A DNA stretch of 54,502 bases from Acanthaster planci (taxonomy: Eukaryota). The first letter of the stretch is position 1; each line of letters opens with the position of its first letter. The stretch spans positions 1 through 54,502 of the forward strand of contig NW_019091355.1 of NCBI RefSeq assembly GCF_001949145.1. Reading direction: 5' to 3'. The position numbers and the translations under genes are program-made. The notes under the pieces were generated by a model that worked only from the letters and a program-made list of their open reading frames with translations, was not told the origin of the DNA and made no database searches. Below are positions 26,700 through 38,973 of the stretch, one piece after another.

Positions 26700-29600
26700 A
26701 TGAGCTACCCTCCACCTGGTGGTTACGCACCCCCTGGTAGCTATGCACCTCCTGGAGCTGGTTACCCACCACCCTCAGGACCGGGTTATCCACCTGCACC
26801 AGGAGGTTATCCCCCTGCGACTGGAGCACCGGCTGGCTATCCACCCCCACCAGGACCACCGGGGTCTTACCCACCCCCTCCTGGTGCACCAGGGGCATAT
26901 CCACAACAAGTAAGCTAATCGGCCTGGTACCATTAAATGACTTTCACTGCAGGTCCCATAAATGTTCAATCTTAAGCAAGTTTTGGGAACTTTAAATTTA
27001 TTTTATTTCTTATTCCATAAGGCAGCTGGCTACCCACCAGCTGGAGGTGCTCAACATTACCCAAGTAAGTTCATGATAAAACCAGATGTGGTAACTTGAT
27101 TTATAAATCTCAGAGATTTCTGTATCGTACCATGACTGAAAAAAAAATGACTTTTTTGACATTGGCTGGAGGTAGTTACATTTAAATTCAATTTAGTTGA
27201 TTCTGATAATATGATTATCACTTGTGGCTTAATGCAGCTGGAGTCCAGCCACCAGCTGGTGCCCCTTATGGTCAACCACCGCCAGCTGCTGCACCTTATG
27301 GTCAGCCCCCTGCTGCTGCACCCTATGGACAACCTCCTGCAGGAGCACCTTATGGTCAAGCACCAACTGGAGCCCCCTATGGTCAGCAGCCCCAAGCAGG
27401 TGCACCCTATGGCCAACAGTCACAAGCAGGTGTACCCTATGGCCAGCAGCCCCAAGCAGGTGCACCCTATGGCCAGCAGCCTCCGGCAACAGGTGCACCC
27501 TACGGCCAGCAGCCTCCAGCAACAGGTGCTCCATATGGAGGACAGGGGGCTTATCCTCAGCAACAGTCGCAACCAGGAGGTGGAGGTAAGTAATGTGCTT
27601 ATAAATTACAAACTGGCTATTCAGAGGATCAGGGTTCTTTACATGTACTGAAATCCCATCATCTGATTATGAGTACATCTACCTGAAGACAAGACAGTCT
27701 GAGATAAGATCAGACATTGGCTTAATAGTGATTTAATTGGCTTTTATGCAGGTGCTAATATACCATCTGCTGCAGCTCTATATGGTCAAGATAACAAACC
27801 TAAACCACAGGTAAGTATGAAAGTTGTGCAAGAATCCTTACTTTGGTTTCTGTTCAGGAAAATAAACCTAAAACATAAGACGTGTAGGATGAAAGTATGG
27901 AAGCTATGCATAGTGCCAACTTTGTCCTGTGGGAGACTACACCATAGTCTGGCCAAATTTAAAGTGTGCACAGTTTTCATTTTTCACTGAGAAAGCGAAC
28001 CTTAACCACAGGTCAAGCATGAAAACTATGCACAGTCCTCCCCGATTTTCTCTTGATCTCATATGTATCGCGCTGCAAGTACTTCCAGACGTTTGCTATG
28101 AATGAAAAATGCACTGTGATTGGCCCATAATTTTGTGCAAAATGCCATCAACAGTTTTTGACGTACACATTTATACATGTAATTTGTGTTTGGTGATGAT
28201 GCTGAGACATTTGTTCTATTTTAATGTGCATTCAGACAAATAAATATTTCAATATGCATTAATCTTATCATCTGACACATGAAGTGCTAAATCATAAGAT
28301 CTTACTCTTGATCCATAAAGGGCATTTCATTCCAGACAGGTAGTTATTCGGCTGATCCCATTAGCTTGGGAATTAACCAATGTCTTATGAAAATCATCTG
28401 ACATTTTGTTAGGGTCCTCCACCAGTTGCTCAGCCAGTAACAGCTGCAATGAGTAAGATGTCTCTGAAAGAGCAACCATTTGAAACACATGGAACTATTA
28501 AACCAGCTCATCCATTTGATGCAGAGAAAGATGCAGAAGTAATGCGCAAAGCTATGAAAGGACTGGGTAAGTATCATCCAGTCATTCTTTGCTGAGTGTT
28601 TTGTTGCCATTCCTTGCTGGGTGTTGTGTTGCCATTCCTTGCTGAGTGTTGTGTTGTTATTCCTTGCTGAGTGTTGTGTTGTTATTCCTTGCTGGGTGTT
28701 GTGTTGTCATTCCTTGCTGGGTGTTGTGTTGTTATTCCTTGCTGGGTGTTGTGTTGCCATTCCTTGCTGAGTGTTGTGTTTTTATTCCTTACTGGGTGTT
28801 GTATTGCCATTCCTTGCTGAGTGTTGTGTTGTTATTCCTTGCTGGGTGTTGTGTTGTTATTCCTTGCTGAGTGTTGTGTTGTTATTCCTTGCTGGGTGTT
28901 TTGTTGCCATTCCTTGCTGGGTGTTGTGTTGCCATTCCTTGCTGAGTGTTGTGTTGTTATTCCTTGCTGGGTGTTTTGTTGCCATTCCTTGCTGGGTGTT
29001 GTGTTGCCATTCCTTGCTGAGTGTTGTGTTGTTATTCCTTGCTGAGTGTTGTGTTGTTATTCCTTGCTGAGTGTTGTGTTGCCATTCCTTGCTGGGTGTT
29101 GTAGGGTGTTATTTTATCACACTAGTGTCAAGTGATCATTGTACCACTGTAAGACCCCTCATTTTGGTTTACTTGTTTGTACTTAGAGCTAACCCAACTT
29201 TATTGTGATATTCTTTTCACTTTCCAAATGGTTTGTGTACCAAGAATGCATGTATTTTCTTTCTTTTTCAGGGACTGATGAAAAAGCCATTATAAATGTG
29301 ATAGCAAACAGAAGTAACAAGCAACGACAAGAGATCAAATTGAAGTACAAGACAATGTATGGCAAGGTACTTAAACGTCCTGGCTGAGATCCAAAGTTCA
29401 ACTTCATACATGAATATAACGGGTACTGTTTTATTGACCAAAGAGTGGGAAATTGTATATGATTAGCTGTTAATGAAAAGTATAATGAAAATAATTCCAC
29501 TTTTCAACTGTTACTCAACTGCCGTGTGTTACAATGGTTTTACCATCACCCCTTGAAATTTTACATTTTGTGTTTCAATTAACCTTATTATTTAATATTT

Positions 29601-32600
29601 GTTTGGCTATATCAAACTATATTTTGGAGCCATTTTCATTTTGATGCTTAAATGAATTTTATGTGAAAAACTGTAGCGTCTAGGCACTGAACCTCAATTT
29701 GCCTTGATTTGTTCCTAAAAAACTGCCGGAACGGCAATTTAATGTTGCAAAGTAAATGGCAAATTTGCCAGTAAACATGGTTTTCTCAGAAATGTTCTCA
29801 AAGAGCAAACTTGGGATTCACAATTTGTACATGAAAAGATGTAAATTGAACAGTGTCTTTCCTGATTTACATCACAGCAACAGCATTCTCACATGTCTGA
29901 AAAAAGGTGGACAAGTTTTATTGTTTAAAAAGACGCACTTTTCAACACTTAACGCAAAAGGATTTTAAATAGTTTCGTACATTGTAGACAAGTATATAGA
30001 TACACAAATGCCAGTCCAAGTAAAACTTAATCGCAAGAATCTTTAATGCCACATTGTTCTGAAGTGAAGACTCAAGAATACTGAGAATGTCTTAGTGGTT
30101 TTCTTGATAGGATTTGATCAAAGATCTGAAGTCGGAGCTGAGCGGTCACTTGGAGGAATGCATCTTAGCTCTCTTCATGCCTTTGGAATACTTTGAAGCT
30201 CATCAGCTTCATAAGTCAGTTGGGGTATGCAACATGTTCTTTTCACCATGCTTCTCTAGCTATTTGCAGTTTGTTGCAAAGTTTGTTATGCTCCATATGG
30301 TTACACTAAAACTTGTTAAAATAAAGCCTAAAAAGCAGCAAAATGTTTCTTTTTCAACTTCAGTAACATTTCAGCTCATGATCTATACTGTAACATCACT
30401 ATTACATTGTAACAGTTTGGGCCCCCAGCCAATCGCTCGCTCGGGGATGGCGGCCCATCTGCCACTGAATGGGGAATGGGAGGCAGAGTCACGGCAGGAT
30501 AAAGTTAAGGAAGGAGATAATAGCCAGAGAAAGACGGACGAGAATAACTATTGGAGCCTTGCTGACACTGCTGCAGGATTTACCCAAGCTTAATTCCAGG
30601 GTCAACTTTGCTTAAGTCACCTTACCCCAAGTGTAGCCATACTGCTACCTGTAGCCAAGTCAACAGCCAACTAGCAGCTTGTAGCTATGCACACAGTGGT
30701 GCCAAAAAAGTATAGCAAGTCATGCCAAAAAGTAATACAATCTGGCCACTTCCAGCCAACAAACATCTAGAGGACGTATTGTCACATCCAGGGCTCAAGC
30801 TCCTAAGGATGTCTGTGAGTTGCTGGTCACCAATAAATAAAGGCTAGGCTATACATATCCTCCTGAGAGTTTTGGTCTTTGTACATGTCACATCTACCGT
30901 GCTGGTGCTCGTTGTATTTCACAATGGGACTAGACCCCCTTGTACCGGTACACCAATTTCTCAATAATTCCATGATATCATCACTTGTGCTTTTAATGAC
31001 AGGGTATAGGAACAGACGAGGAAACATTGATTGAGATTTTGTGCTCTAGAACTAATGAACAAGTCCAAGCTCTAACTGCAGAGTACAAGAAAAGTGAGTA
31101 TAGTTAATCTTGTACTTATCATTAGAAAAGATTTGGAAAAAGACGTGCTTAGGCATTGTTATGACAAGAAAGAAAACCCCATATAATGTTATCTGTTACT
31201 TTGCATTGTATCTTAGATTACCATCGTTCTCTTGAGAAAGATTGTATTGGTGATACAAGTGGTCACTTTCAGCGTCTTCTGGTTTCGATGTGTCAGGTAT
31301 GTCAAACAGTATTTCTGAATTAAATTAAAAATATAACAGCGTATTCATATGTCATATTCAAAATCTATGGCCTGTGTTTATGGTACTTTTAGAGTAATGT
31401 TGATGAAGGTAATAATGTTAGCACAACCAACTCTCTGCATTGACCTTGATAACATTCACAAAATGCCTAATGTTGATTTTTAGGGTAACCGTGATGAAGG
31501 CAATACTGTTGACATTGCCAAAGCTAGAGACGAAGCTAACAAACTCTACCAAGCTGGAGAAAAGAAATGGGGAACTGATGAATCCATTTTCAACATGATT
31601 CTGGCTGTTCGTAACTTTGCACAACTGCGAGCAACATTTGATGAGTATATCAAGGTGAAATCAGGAAAACTGGAGTAAAGATATCACATCACTGATTATT
31701 TAAAATGAATTAGATGAATTGTATATGATTGGACCATGGCTATTTTTCTACAGAGGTATCAAAGTGACTGAATTTTACAAAATCAAAATTTGTGGGCCAA
31801 GGCAGAGGTATATATGTAGCACCTGCAATTGCGGGAAATGCATGCCAGTGAGTCTTGTGCCGCAAATTTGTGCTGTCGCTGCACATTATAGTTATGTTTG
31901 ATTTCACAAGAAGTTGCTTAGATGTTACATTTTAATTATAATAACAGCTTTTATGATGGCTGTTTGTTTTCAATATTACAGTCATCATCAAACAAAGAAG
32001 TGCCTCTGCTTGCCATTGTGAAAAAGTTATTGACATTTCCTCATTGCAACAGGACAGAACATCTCACAGTTCTCTCACAACCAAACAAATTTTCATTACC
32101 TTCTGAAACAAAGTTGTATATTTTTCATATAAGCCTTGTTAAGTTCAGCAATGATGAGCCTTAACTGAACACTGAGTTTGTCAAATTATTTGTTTTTGCT
32201 CTGATTGGCACAACTTATGCAACATAAAATGACTGCAGAAGTTATGCCATAATCAAGAAGCCTTTGGAGACATTTATTCAGTGAAAGTTTTCACTATTTT
32301 ATTTGTTCCATGCCTTGTTCTTTTTAGATTTCTCAGCGTGACATTATGAGTAGTATTGAACGTGAGATGTCTGGAGATCTTAAGAAAGGAATGATGACTA
32401 TTGGTTGGTATCAGTCAATTGTTTGTTGTTTGTTCAGTGTAGAAAGAACTTCTGCTCTGTTTTTCCATGAAGAGCTACCTACCTTGCTGGTGTTTTTGTT
32501 TTTTTTAGTCCAGTGTGTTAAGAGCCGACCTGCTTACTTTGCTGAGCGTCTGTATCGATCAATGAAAGGAGCAGGCACTGATGAAGACACTCTCATTCGA

Positions 32601-33072
32601 GTAATTGTAACTCGCTCTGAGGTATGTTACTCATCATTTGTTGTTTCAGAGATTATACTTGATGTGAAAAGTTATAATATCCTTCTAGACTTTCAACTAT
32701 ATCAGATGCACCCACATGCCTCCTACTGCATCATGCATAAGGAACCGTCTTGATACGTGTGTACATGTTTTTTAGTTTTTGTGCAAACAAACCAGTCTTC
32801 ACCCAGACCCACAAGAAGAAAATTACCCAGGGGTCATGTGATCAAAATGGCTAGTTTCTTCATGGCAGCATCTACTTGGCTTTATGGCCTCCTTGAGAAA
32901 TGTTTTGTGAAAATATGACCCATGACTGTCTTCCTCTCTGTTACAGATTGATCTTGTTGAGATCAAGAAGGCATTCTTGGAGAAATACCACAAGACTCTG
33001 TCCAAGATGGTTGAACATGATACATCTGGTGACTTCAAGAGATTGTTGCTGGCTGTTATTGGTAAAGAATGA
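26700..33072 (+). CDS. ANXA7: Annexin A7/A11-like protein with a long Gly/Pro/Tyr/Gln-rich N-terminal tail; 13 coding exons, 559 aa
   Basis: Exons 26700-26909, 27022-27064, 27238-27585, 27752-27810, 28413-28566, 29272-29366, 30111-30224, 31003-31093, 31217-31296, 31484-31654, 32328-32403, 32509-32621, 32947-33072. All introns are GT-AG with consistent phases; total 1680 nt. N-terminus [13 protein letters not shown] with GYPP/PYGQ repeats. Four annexin repeats ([33 protein letters not shown]) with acidic cap residues (KSELSG, GDTSG, REMSG, HDTSG). The A7 versus A11 assignment is less certain than the family call. Confidence 0.95.
28583..29102. repeat. Intronic 25-bp minisatellite, about 20-21 copies
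   Basis: Unit attccttgctg(a/g)gtgtt(g/t)tgttg(cc/tt), starting about 16 nt after the donor at 28567. Confidence 0.97.
30400..30645 (-). mobile_element. Possible degenerate tRNA-derived SINE in an annexin intron
   Basis: Minus strand shows A-box-like tggctacacttgg (~30639-30627) and B-box-like gggtaaatcc (~30585-30576), then a GC-richer body. The motifs are degenerate and no second copy was found in the window. Confidence 0.3.
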
Positions 33073-33364
33073 AAGTTCACCTGATATCTTAGTATACTCA
33101 GTTTGTTGTAGGATGTGCATGTATAACAAAAACTAGGTGTTTGATCCAATATAGAGAATATGCCATATGACATGTAGTGAGGCTTTTGCGCCAAAGTTGT
33201 CGTCGCTGCAGTTAAAATGGTAAGTTAAATGTCTTAATTAAGATTTATATCATTAGAGAGCTTGTTATTTTATTTTTTTAACCCTAACAGTCCCAAATCC
33301 TCTGATTTCAATATGATTTTACGTACACCCTAGGGGGTAAGGGTTAAAGTGCTTAGAACTATAC

Positions 33365-33370
33365 AATAAA
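33365..33370 (+). terminator. Candidate polyadenylation signal of the annexin gene
   Basis: First AATAAA downstream of the stop codon at 33072, followed further on by T/GT-rich sequence. Confidence 0.4.
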
Positions 33371-36065
33371 AGAAAACATGTGAAGAGGATTAACTTTGGA
33401 AATTTTCAGTTCATATCATTGTTTGTTTTAATTCATTTTGATTTTATTTGTAGTAGACAAACTGAATACAACAAAGAAATTCCAAGTATTTTATTGTGCC
33501 ATGAGGCACAGAAGTAAAGATACAGTCTGTTTTCATACTTGATCACTTTTTCTTCTGCACTAATCAGATTTACTAAATTTCACGTGTTCACTGCCTGTAT
33601 AACTCTTAGAAGTTGAAATTCTTTTCATTTTAAGCTCCTATCCTCTGCTTGTACTCACCTCTCTTCAAAGGAAGGAATATGTGTCTTGCTAAATTAGACA
33701 CTCTTTCAAATGTTAAAAACCCTCAGGTCACCTTCCCAAATGTCACAAAATCAGTCCATTTATTAATTGATGAAGTTAGATTTACATATTTGTCAAATCN
33801 GTGAATACAGGTAAAAACCAAATACACATAAAGATGGAGTAGGCTGAGGTGCATAAACTTTATTGGAAAACTTAGTGTTGTAAAACAACCTGCTGGCATG
33901 TTAACTGTTTGTTTAGAATTGCTGAATTGAAATTAAATTCCGCCTGTCACGGCAACTGTAATCGCTGATACTTTGTTTACAACAGCTCAATGGAAGTCTT
34001 CAGTTTGAAACAACTCTAATTGCATCTAAGAAAAGCCTGGCTTTAGAAGTTCTTCCTCGTATATGAATATTACTAAAGTTATGAGCTGTATGAACTATAG
34101 ACGATTAAAGATTAAATTATAGTACTATAAGATGAGAAAATGTTGAATTAAAAGTAGCCTTAAATTATGTTTAGTAAATTAATTTCAAAAATATTAATAT
34201 TCAATGCAGATGTGTAACACAAAATATATTCTCCATAAAACAAGAAGATATTACCCGCAATTTTTGAAACTTATTTGGCGAAATGTAAATGTTCATTGGT
34301 GATGTTGGAGGTAGGGAATTTTTTAGATTAGAATGTTAATTTTCTCGAAAATAAATGTTGTTACTTTTCCTGTTAGAAAAGCTGAACATTCACGGTGAGA
34401 TTGCCCCAACCCTTACAGGTTTTCCAACTTTAAAATACATGTACAAGGAAATATACATTTACATTGAACATTTTAGGTCTCTGAACATGAAATCTATTTC
34501 TGTGAACATTTCGTACCGAGATGAGGAGGTTACAATTAAAATGTCATTCCACGGAACGACGAAGTGGTATTGTGTCATCCGCTCAATTTGACCGATCTTG
34601 CCTAACGTTTTTTAATTTGCATTTGGGAACCTAATAAAACGTGAAGCTTCTAGTTGATAGGTCATGTTTCCCATTAAATTCCCAATCATATGCTTATAGG
34701 TACAGGGTTATTTTTCGGTAGAATGCATATGCTGTGATTAATCAATACCATATAAGCTATTCTCTTTTATATAGACCTTTAATAGGGGGCTTGTCTCCCT
34801 TTTATGTTAGTCTTGTGCATAAATAACAGTCCGAAACATAATAAACTGTTTGAGTACATATATATATGTCTACTTTGTGACAAAAGTATTTCAAAATATA
34901 TACAGTAGTCATGTAGATTATTAATTGTGCAGTGTAGGAGGCATCTTAATGAAGACCGATTTACCGTTTATTCATAGTGGTGCATGTTTAAATTATGCAT
35001 TTTCACCTCAAAACAAACTTTCATGAAAACACGTCTTAATAAATTTTGAATTTGCGAAGTATACGAATATACAGACTGTGCGTACTATAAAACTTGAAAA
35101 AAACTTAGGTGGTGAATGAACGATTGATGTTAAATTCATTTCTTTTAAAAATAAACATTCGATGAATGTTCGAACGTACCAATTTTTTGTTTTTCTTTTG
35201 TAGTTGGATTCTTAAAAGTCCTCCGAACATTTAAGATTATAGTCATGAAATTACCGTGGGGATGAATCAAATAAGAATTACATTTCGAAACTGTTGGATT
35301 CAAAATAGCAGATTATATCAGCCAGTCTCAGTAATTTGTTCGTAAGCCGTAGACGTCACTTGTTTTATCAGGGTGGTGGATTGAAATTTGTACATGCAGA
35401 GTAAATTAGTATGGAATAGCAAGTAATATATACATCATAGTGACAAATAAAAGGTAAATGCTGAGTGGTGTATTACATACTTTTGTCTTGATTGGTTTTC
35501 TTGTTTAGTCAATAAAAGGAGAAACTTATGATAAAATAAACACTACAGCTCTTCTTTGTTTCCTGTTTTTAAGCAATAAGCATCATTCTGCCGGTTGGAC
35601 AATCGTGGATGCTTTCTGAAAGAACTGTGTACCGATAACGAAACGCTTTGTTTACGAGTGTGCTTTCTTTTTATGCTATGCTCCAGCTAGCTGTCTCGGG
35701 AAAGGTCACATGTAATACCCATCTGAAGTGACGTCATCAATACATGGGCATGCTCTGGTAGCCTGTTGATCCTTGAGTCGTTGGAACAAGTGAAAGATAA
35801 AGAAAAAAGCAGTCTTCGCGCAATCCTTCCATTCTTTAACAAATGAAAATTTCCACCCAAAGTTCAGCAACATAGATTACAGTATCGTGTGAAGTACATG
35901 TTCTGGTCTTGGGACAAATTGACCCAGTTAAGCCTTTGTAATATATTGATCATTTCCCGCATATTCTCATAAAAATATGGAATGTATTTTTGAATACTAA
36001 GTTTCTTTGATACTTTATATCCCTCAGATAAAATCCCTCCAGAGACACGTGTTGTCACTCATTTA

Positions 36066-36758
36066 TTACAGTAAGTCGCTTTCTTGACATGATCTGTTAT
36101 CCTCGTCAGCTGACAGACATGGCGTGGCATTTTCTAAGGACTGTCCGGAATCAATGGTCATCTGCTGCTCGGCGTTAACGTTACACGTTGTTCCGTCAGG
36201 ATCCTTATCCGGGGTTAAACTCTCAGGTTGCTCAAGATGCCCCTGAGCATTTATCTTGCTTGTGCCCTGTGATTGGTCTTCCTTTGTCTCTATTGACGAT
36301 TTGGGTTTGGAATCGTCTCCTTCAGTTGCACTCCCTCTCTTTTCCCTTTTACGACGACTTTTGATTTTAATAGGAGGATGCTTCTCTAAGGGTATTCCTT
36401 GACCGTAAGCGTCGATGTCACTCATTCTTTGGGGCGTAAGGTTAGAATTGATTCTTCTAGTTGATCGTTGTTTTTCCTTTGTGTCTTTGCTACCATGTTG
36501 TGATTTCTTTGCTTGCTCTGATAAATTATCATTTGACTTTCGGGAGATTGATTCACGAAGAATTTCTAGCTCACTGTACAGATCTTTGTTCAACCTTTTT
36601 AGCTCTTCATTCTCCTGTTTAAGCTTGTCTGGTTCAAGTTTTTCAAAGGCTTTGATTTTTTCTTTCAGTTGATTATTTTCAGTTCTTAAGAGAACCTCAG
36701 CTTGATTGGTCACCGTCCCATTGGTTCCTGTGTAAGTAGAGGATGGTCTGCTCCCCAT
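36066..36758 (-). CDS. Uncharacterised 230-aa protein: N-terminal MGxxxS motif, coiled coil, disordered C-terminus
   Basis: Within the 294-codon open frame 36066-36950, a pyrimidine-rich acceptor (ttctttcttcggtttcAG, exon start 36782) precedes ATG 36758. The product begins MGSRPSS and has heptad-like LRTENNQLKEKIKAFE...LKQENEELKRLNKDLYSELEILRE. No family recognised. Confidence 0.7.
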   Translation of the reverse strand: MGSRPSSTYTGTNGTVTNQAEVLLRTENNQLKEKIKAFEKLEPDKLKQENEELKRLNKDLYSELEILRESISRKSNDNLSEQAKKSQHGSKDTKEKQRSTRRINSNLTPQRMSDIDAYGQGIPLEKHPPIKIKSRRKREKRGSATEGDDSKPKSSIETKEDQSQGTSKINAQGHLEQPESLTPDKDPDGTTCNVNAEQQMTIDSGQSLENATPCLSADEDNRSCQESDLL

Positions 36759-38033
36759 AGTGATACATATACATCCAGACAGCTGAAACCGAAGAAAAGA
36801 AAGGAAGTAAAGTAGGCTATTCCTTGTGTATAAAACAACTTGCAATGCCTTGATGCTTAGCCTTAGAAAATACTGTTTTCTAAGAGCAGCTTCATAGGGT
36901 TTGTGCACAGGATGCCAAGTGATGTTCGTGTATGAACTGTTCCCAGCCATAATTTAAATTAATTATAACACCTTTGAGATTTGTTCAGCGCATTTCGATC
37001 TTGATATCTAATACTCAGCGTCCTTTGACCATATTGGTTCATGAAGTGCATGTCAGCTTTGATACGCAAGTCACACAAGCACGACCAACCAGCACCCGCA
37101 GCTATCAGTTTTTTCAACAAACCATCAATAATGCATCCACACCTAGATCAGCTTTTAGTCACCTAGGTAACGTCCGAAGTCAGCAACTACCCCCACAATG
37201 ACATTTAACGTCGACGTATTATGCATGTTTTTGTTCCTGGATTGTGAAACATTTTTGGGGGGAAATTAAAGAGGGCCATTGTAATTGAAATGTTTGCAAA
37301 TCCGTGAACATTAATGCAATGACGTAAACACTCAAGCTGGATACATTATGTAAATTAATTAAGCTGCAGTTGTCACAAGTAAAGCGTATTTTAAAATCAG
37401 GGATTAAAAATTAAGAAAACTGTAGACTGGGTACAATGTCGATGACGAAATATGGGGGGCAGGTGAACAACATATGAAAGGAAATCGACATGCGTACGAA
37501 TTAAAATGACTCCTTCAGTTTAGAATGCATAATCTTTCGGCGTTAATGCCCCGTTATCCATGTCGCGTAGGATATACACGATAGTGGACATGTATTATTA
37601 TTATTATGAAAGCAAGTCCTGAAAGCCTGGTCATTATGAAACGGCTTATTACAAGGCCGGTTTGACAGGGTTAAATATTGACAAATACATGTATAACAGT
37701 CATTCACTAATGCGAATTCGTAAATGCTTCTTGTGCATTGCCATTTCATCATCATTATAATCACGATCGAGGTGCAAAATACACCATCAAGAAGCTGGCA
37801 GACACCCTGTCAGCTTACCGCTCAGTCTATACGTATAGGGGATATTGTCTTTATTGTACGACCAAATGACAATGCTTGCAGCTATCCCTGATAGACAATT
37901 CTGATTTTTGCTTGTCATTGAATAAAGAAAGAATTTTACTTAAGGTTTCATATCTTTACAAGCTTTGGTAATCTTATATTCGTTACATGCACGTGTCCTT
38001 CCTAAAAAATGTTACGAAATAGTAGTATCTTAC

Positions 38034-38181
38034 CTGTATTCAACACCACAAAAATCAGATGCATTCTTAAGATGCCCCGTCTCATCTCCAGCTCTAATGC
38101 CTTCATGTAAGTGCTTCACTACAAATATTGACGACGTACGAGCTAAGACGAGATTCACCGCATTACGTTAAGCGCATGCGC
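38034..38181 (-). promoter_or_regulatory. Candidate promoter and 5' exon of the orphan gene, with an NRF1-type palindrome
   Basis: Perfect GCGCATGCGC at 38172-38181; strong minus-strand donor CAG|GTAAGA at 38034/38033. Confidence 0.4.
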
Positions 38182-38973
38182 ACTTATTTATAACCGCTCA
38201 ACACGTCATTATCTTGTGAATAAGGGTAAAATATGAAGGACAGCGGCTTCATATACATGTACATCAAATCACGCACGTGTGTATGATTATTATAATGTAC
38301 TTTAGTGTTGCCTTGCTTATTACTAAAATGCGGGAGGAAATTAACCATGAAATTAATTTGTTTTAGTTTTCCATCTTATTTTCCGCTTTTAATTCTTTGA
38401 CTTAAGTTGAATCTTGGAAACTGATGTAGGTTTCGTTTTAAACCTCCAGATAAATGACGGTTGACGAATTTCACCAAAATTACATTCAAATAATGAAACA
38501 CGGAATACAACATAGAAGAGGCTACACAAAAATCACTAACTGGACTTCGAAAGCTCGAAGGGGCAAAGATGAGAGGGAATGGACAGTGGGAATAGTTGAC
38601 GTTGATTCTAAAAATAAATAATACATGAGCTGAACGGAGTGGGGGAGAAGCACCGTTTAAGGTATGAGAAATAAAGGGGTGAATGAGCCTTTGTTTTAAA
38701 GAGGAATAGGAGTAAGAGTTTTGTACATAATACTGACCGTGTTCATCGCCACGCATTTTTTTTCGGGGGGAGCAGAAACTTCAAATTTTCCTTTAATAAC
38801 GTAAGGGAAGTGACATCTGCTCCATCACTTTTCTCTTTTTTACTGCCCCCTTGTCGCGCACCCTGTCGCCCCATCCTGGGTCCGCCAATGAGCGCACCCC
38901 TTTTGCATGATATTCAAAATGTACCCATGCCCTCCTCAGTCACATCAAATTAATACGTCTAGTTGCACTAATT

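Noticed and set aside
26698..27651. Antisense and alternative-frame ORFs over the annexin N-terminal exons
   Set aside because: Shadows of GC-rich repetitive coding sequence.
28583..29102. CRISPR-like array, or the Cys/Val/Leu-rich ORFs 28646-29070
   Set aside because: Head-to-tail 25-bp units with no unique spacers, no cas genes, inside a eukaryotic intron. The ORFs are translations of the repeat.
36783..36950. N-terminal 64 aa of the 294-aa ORF starting at 36950
   Set aside because: The segment contains a clear pyrimidine tract and CAG acceptor and has intron-like composition; ATG 36758 is preferred. It is not formally excluded.
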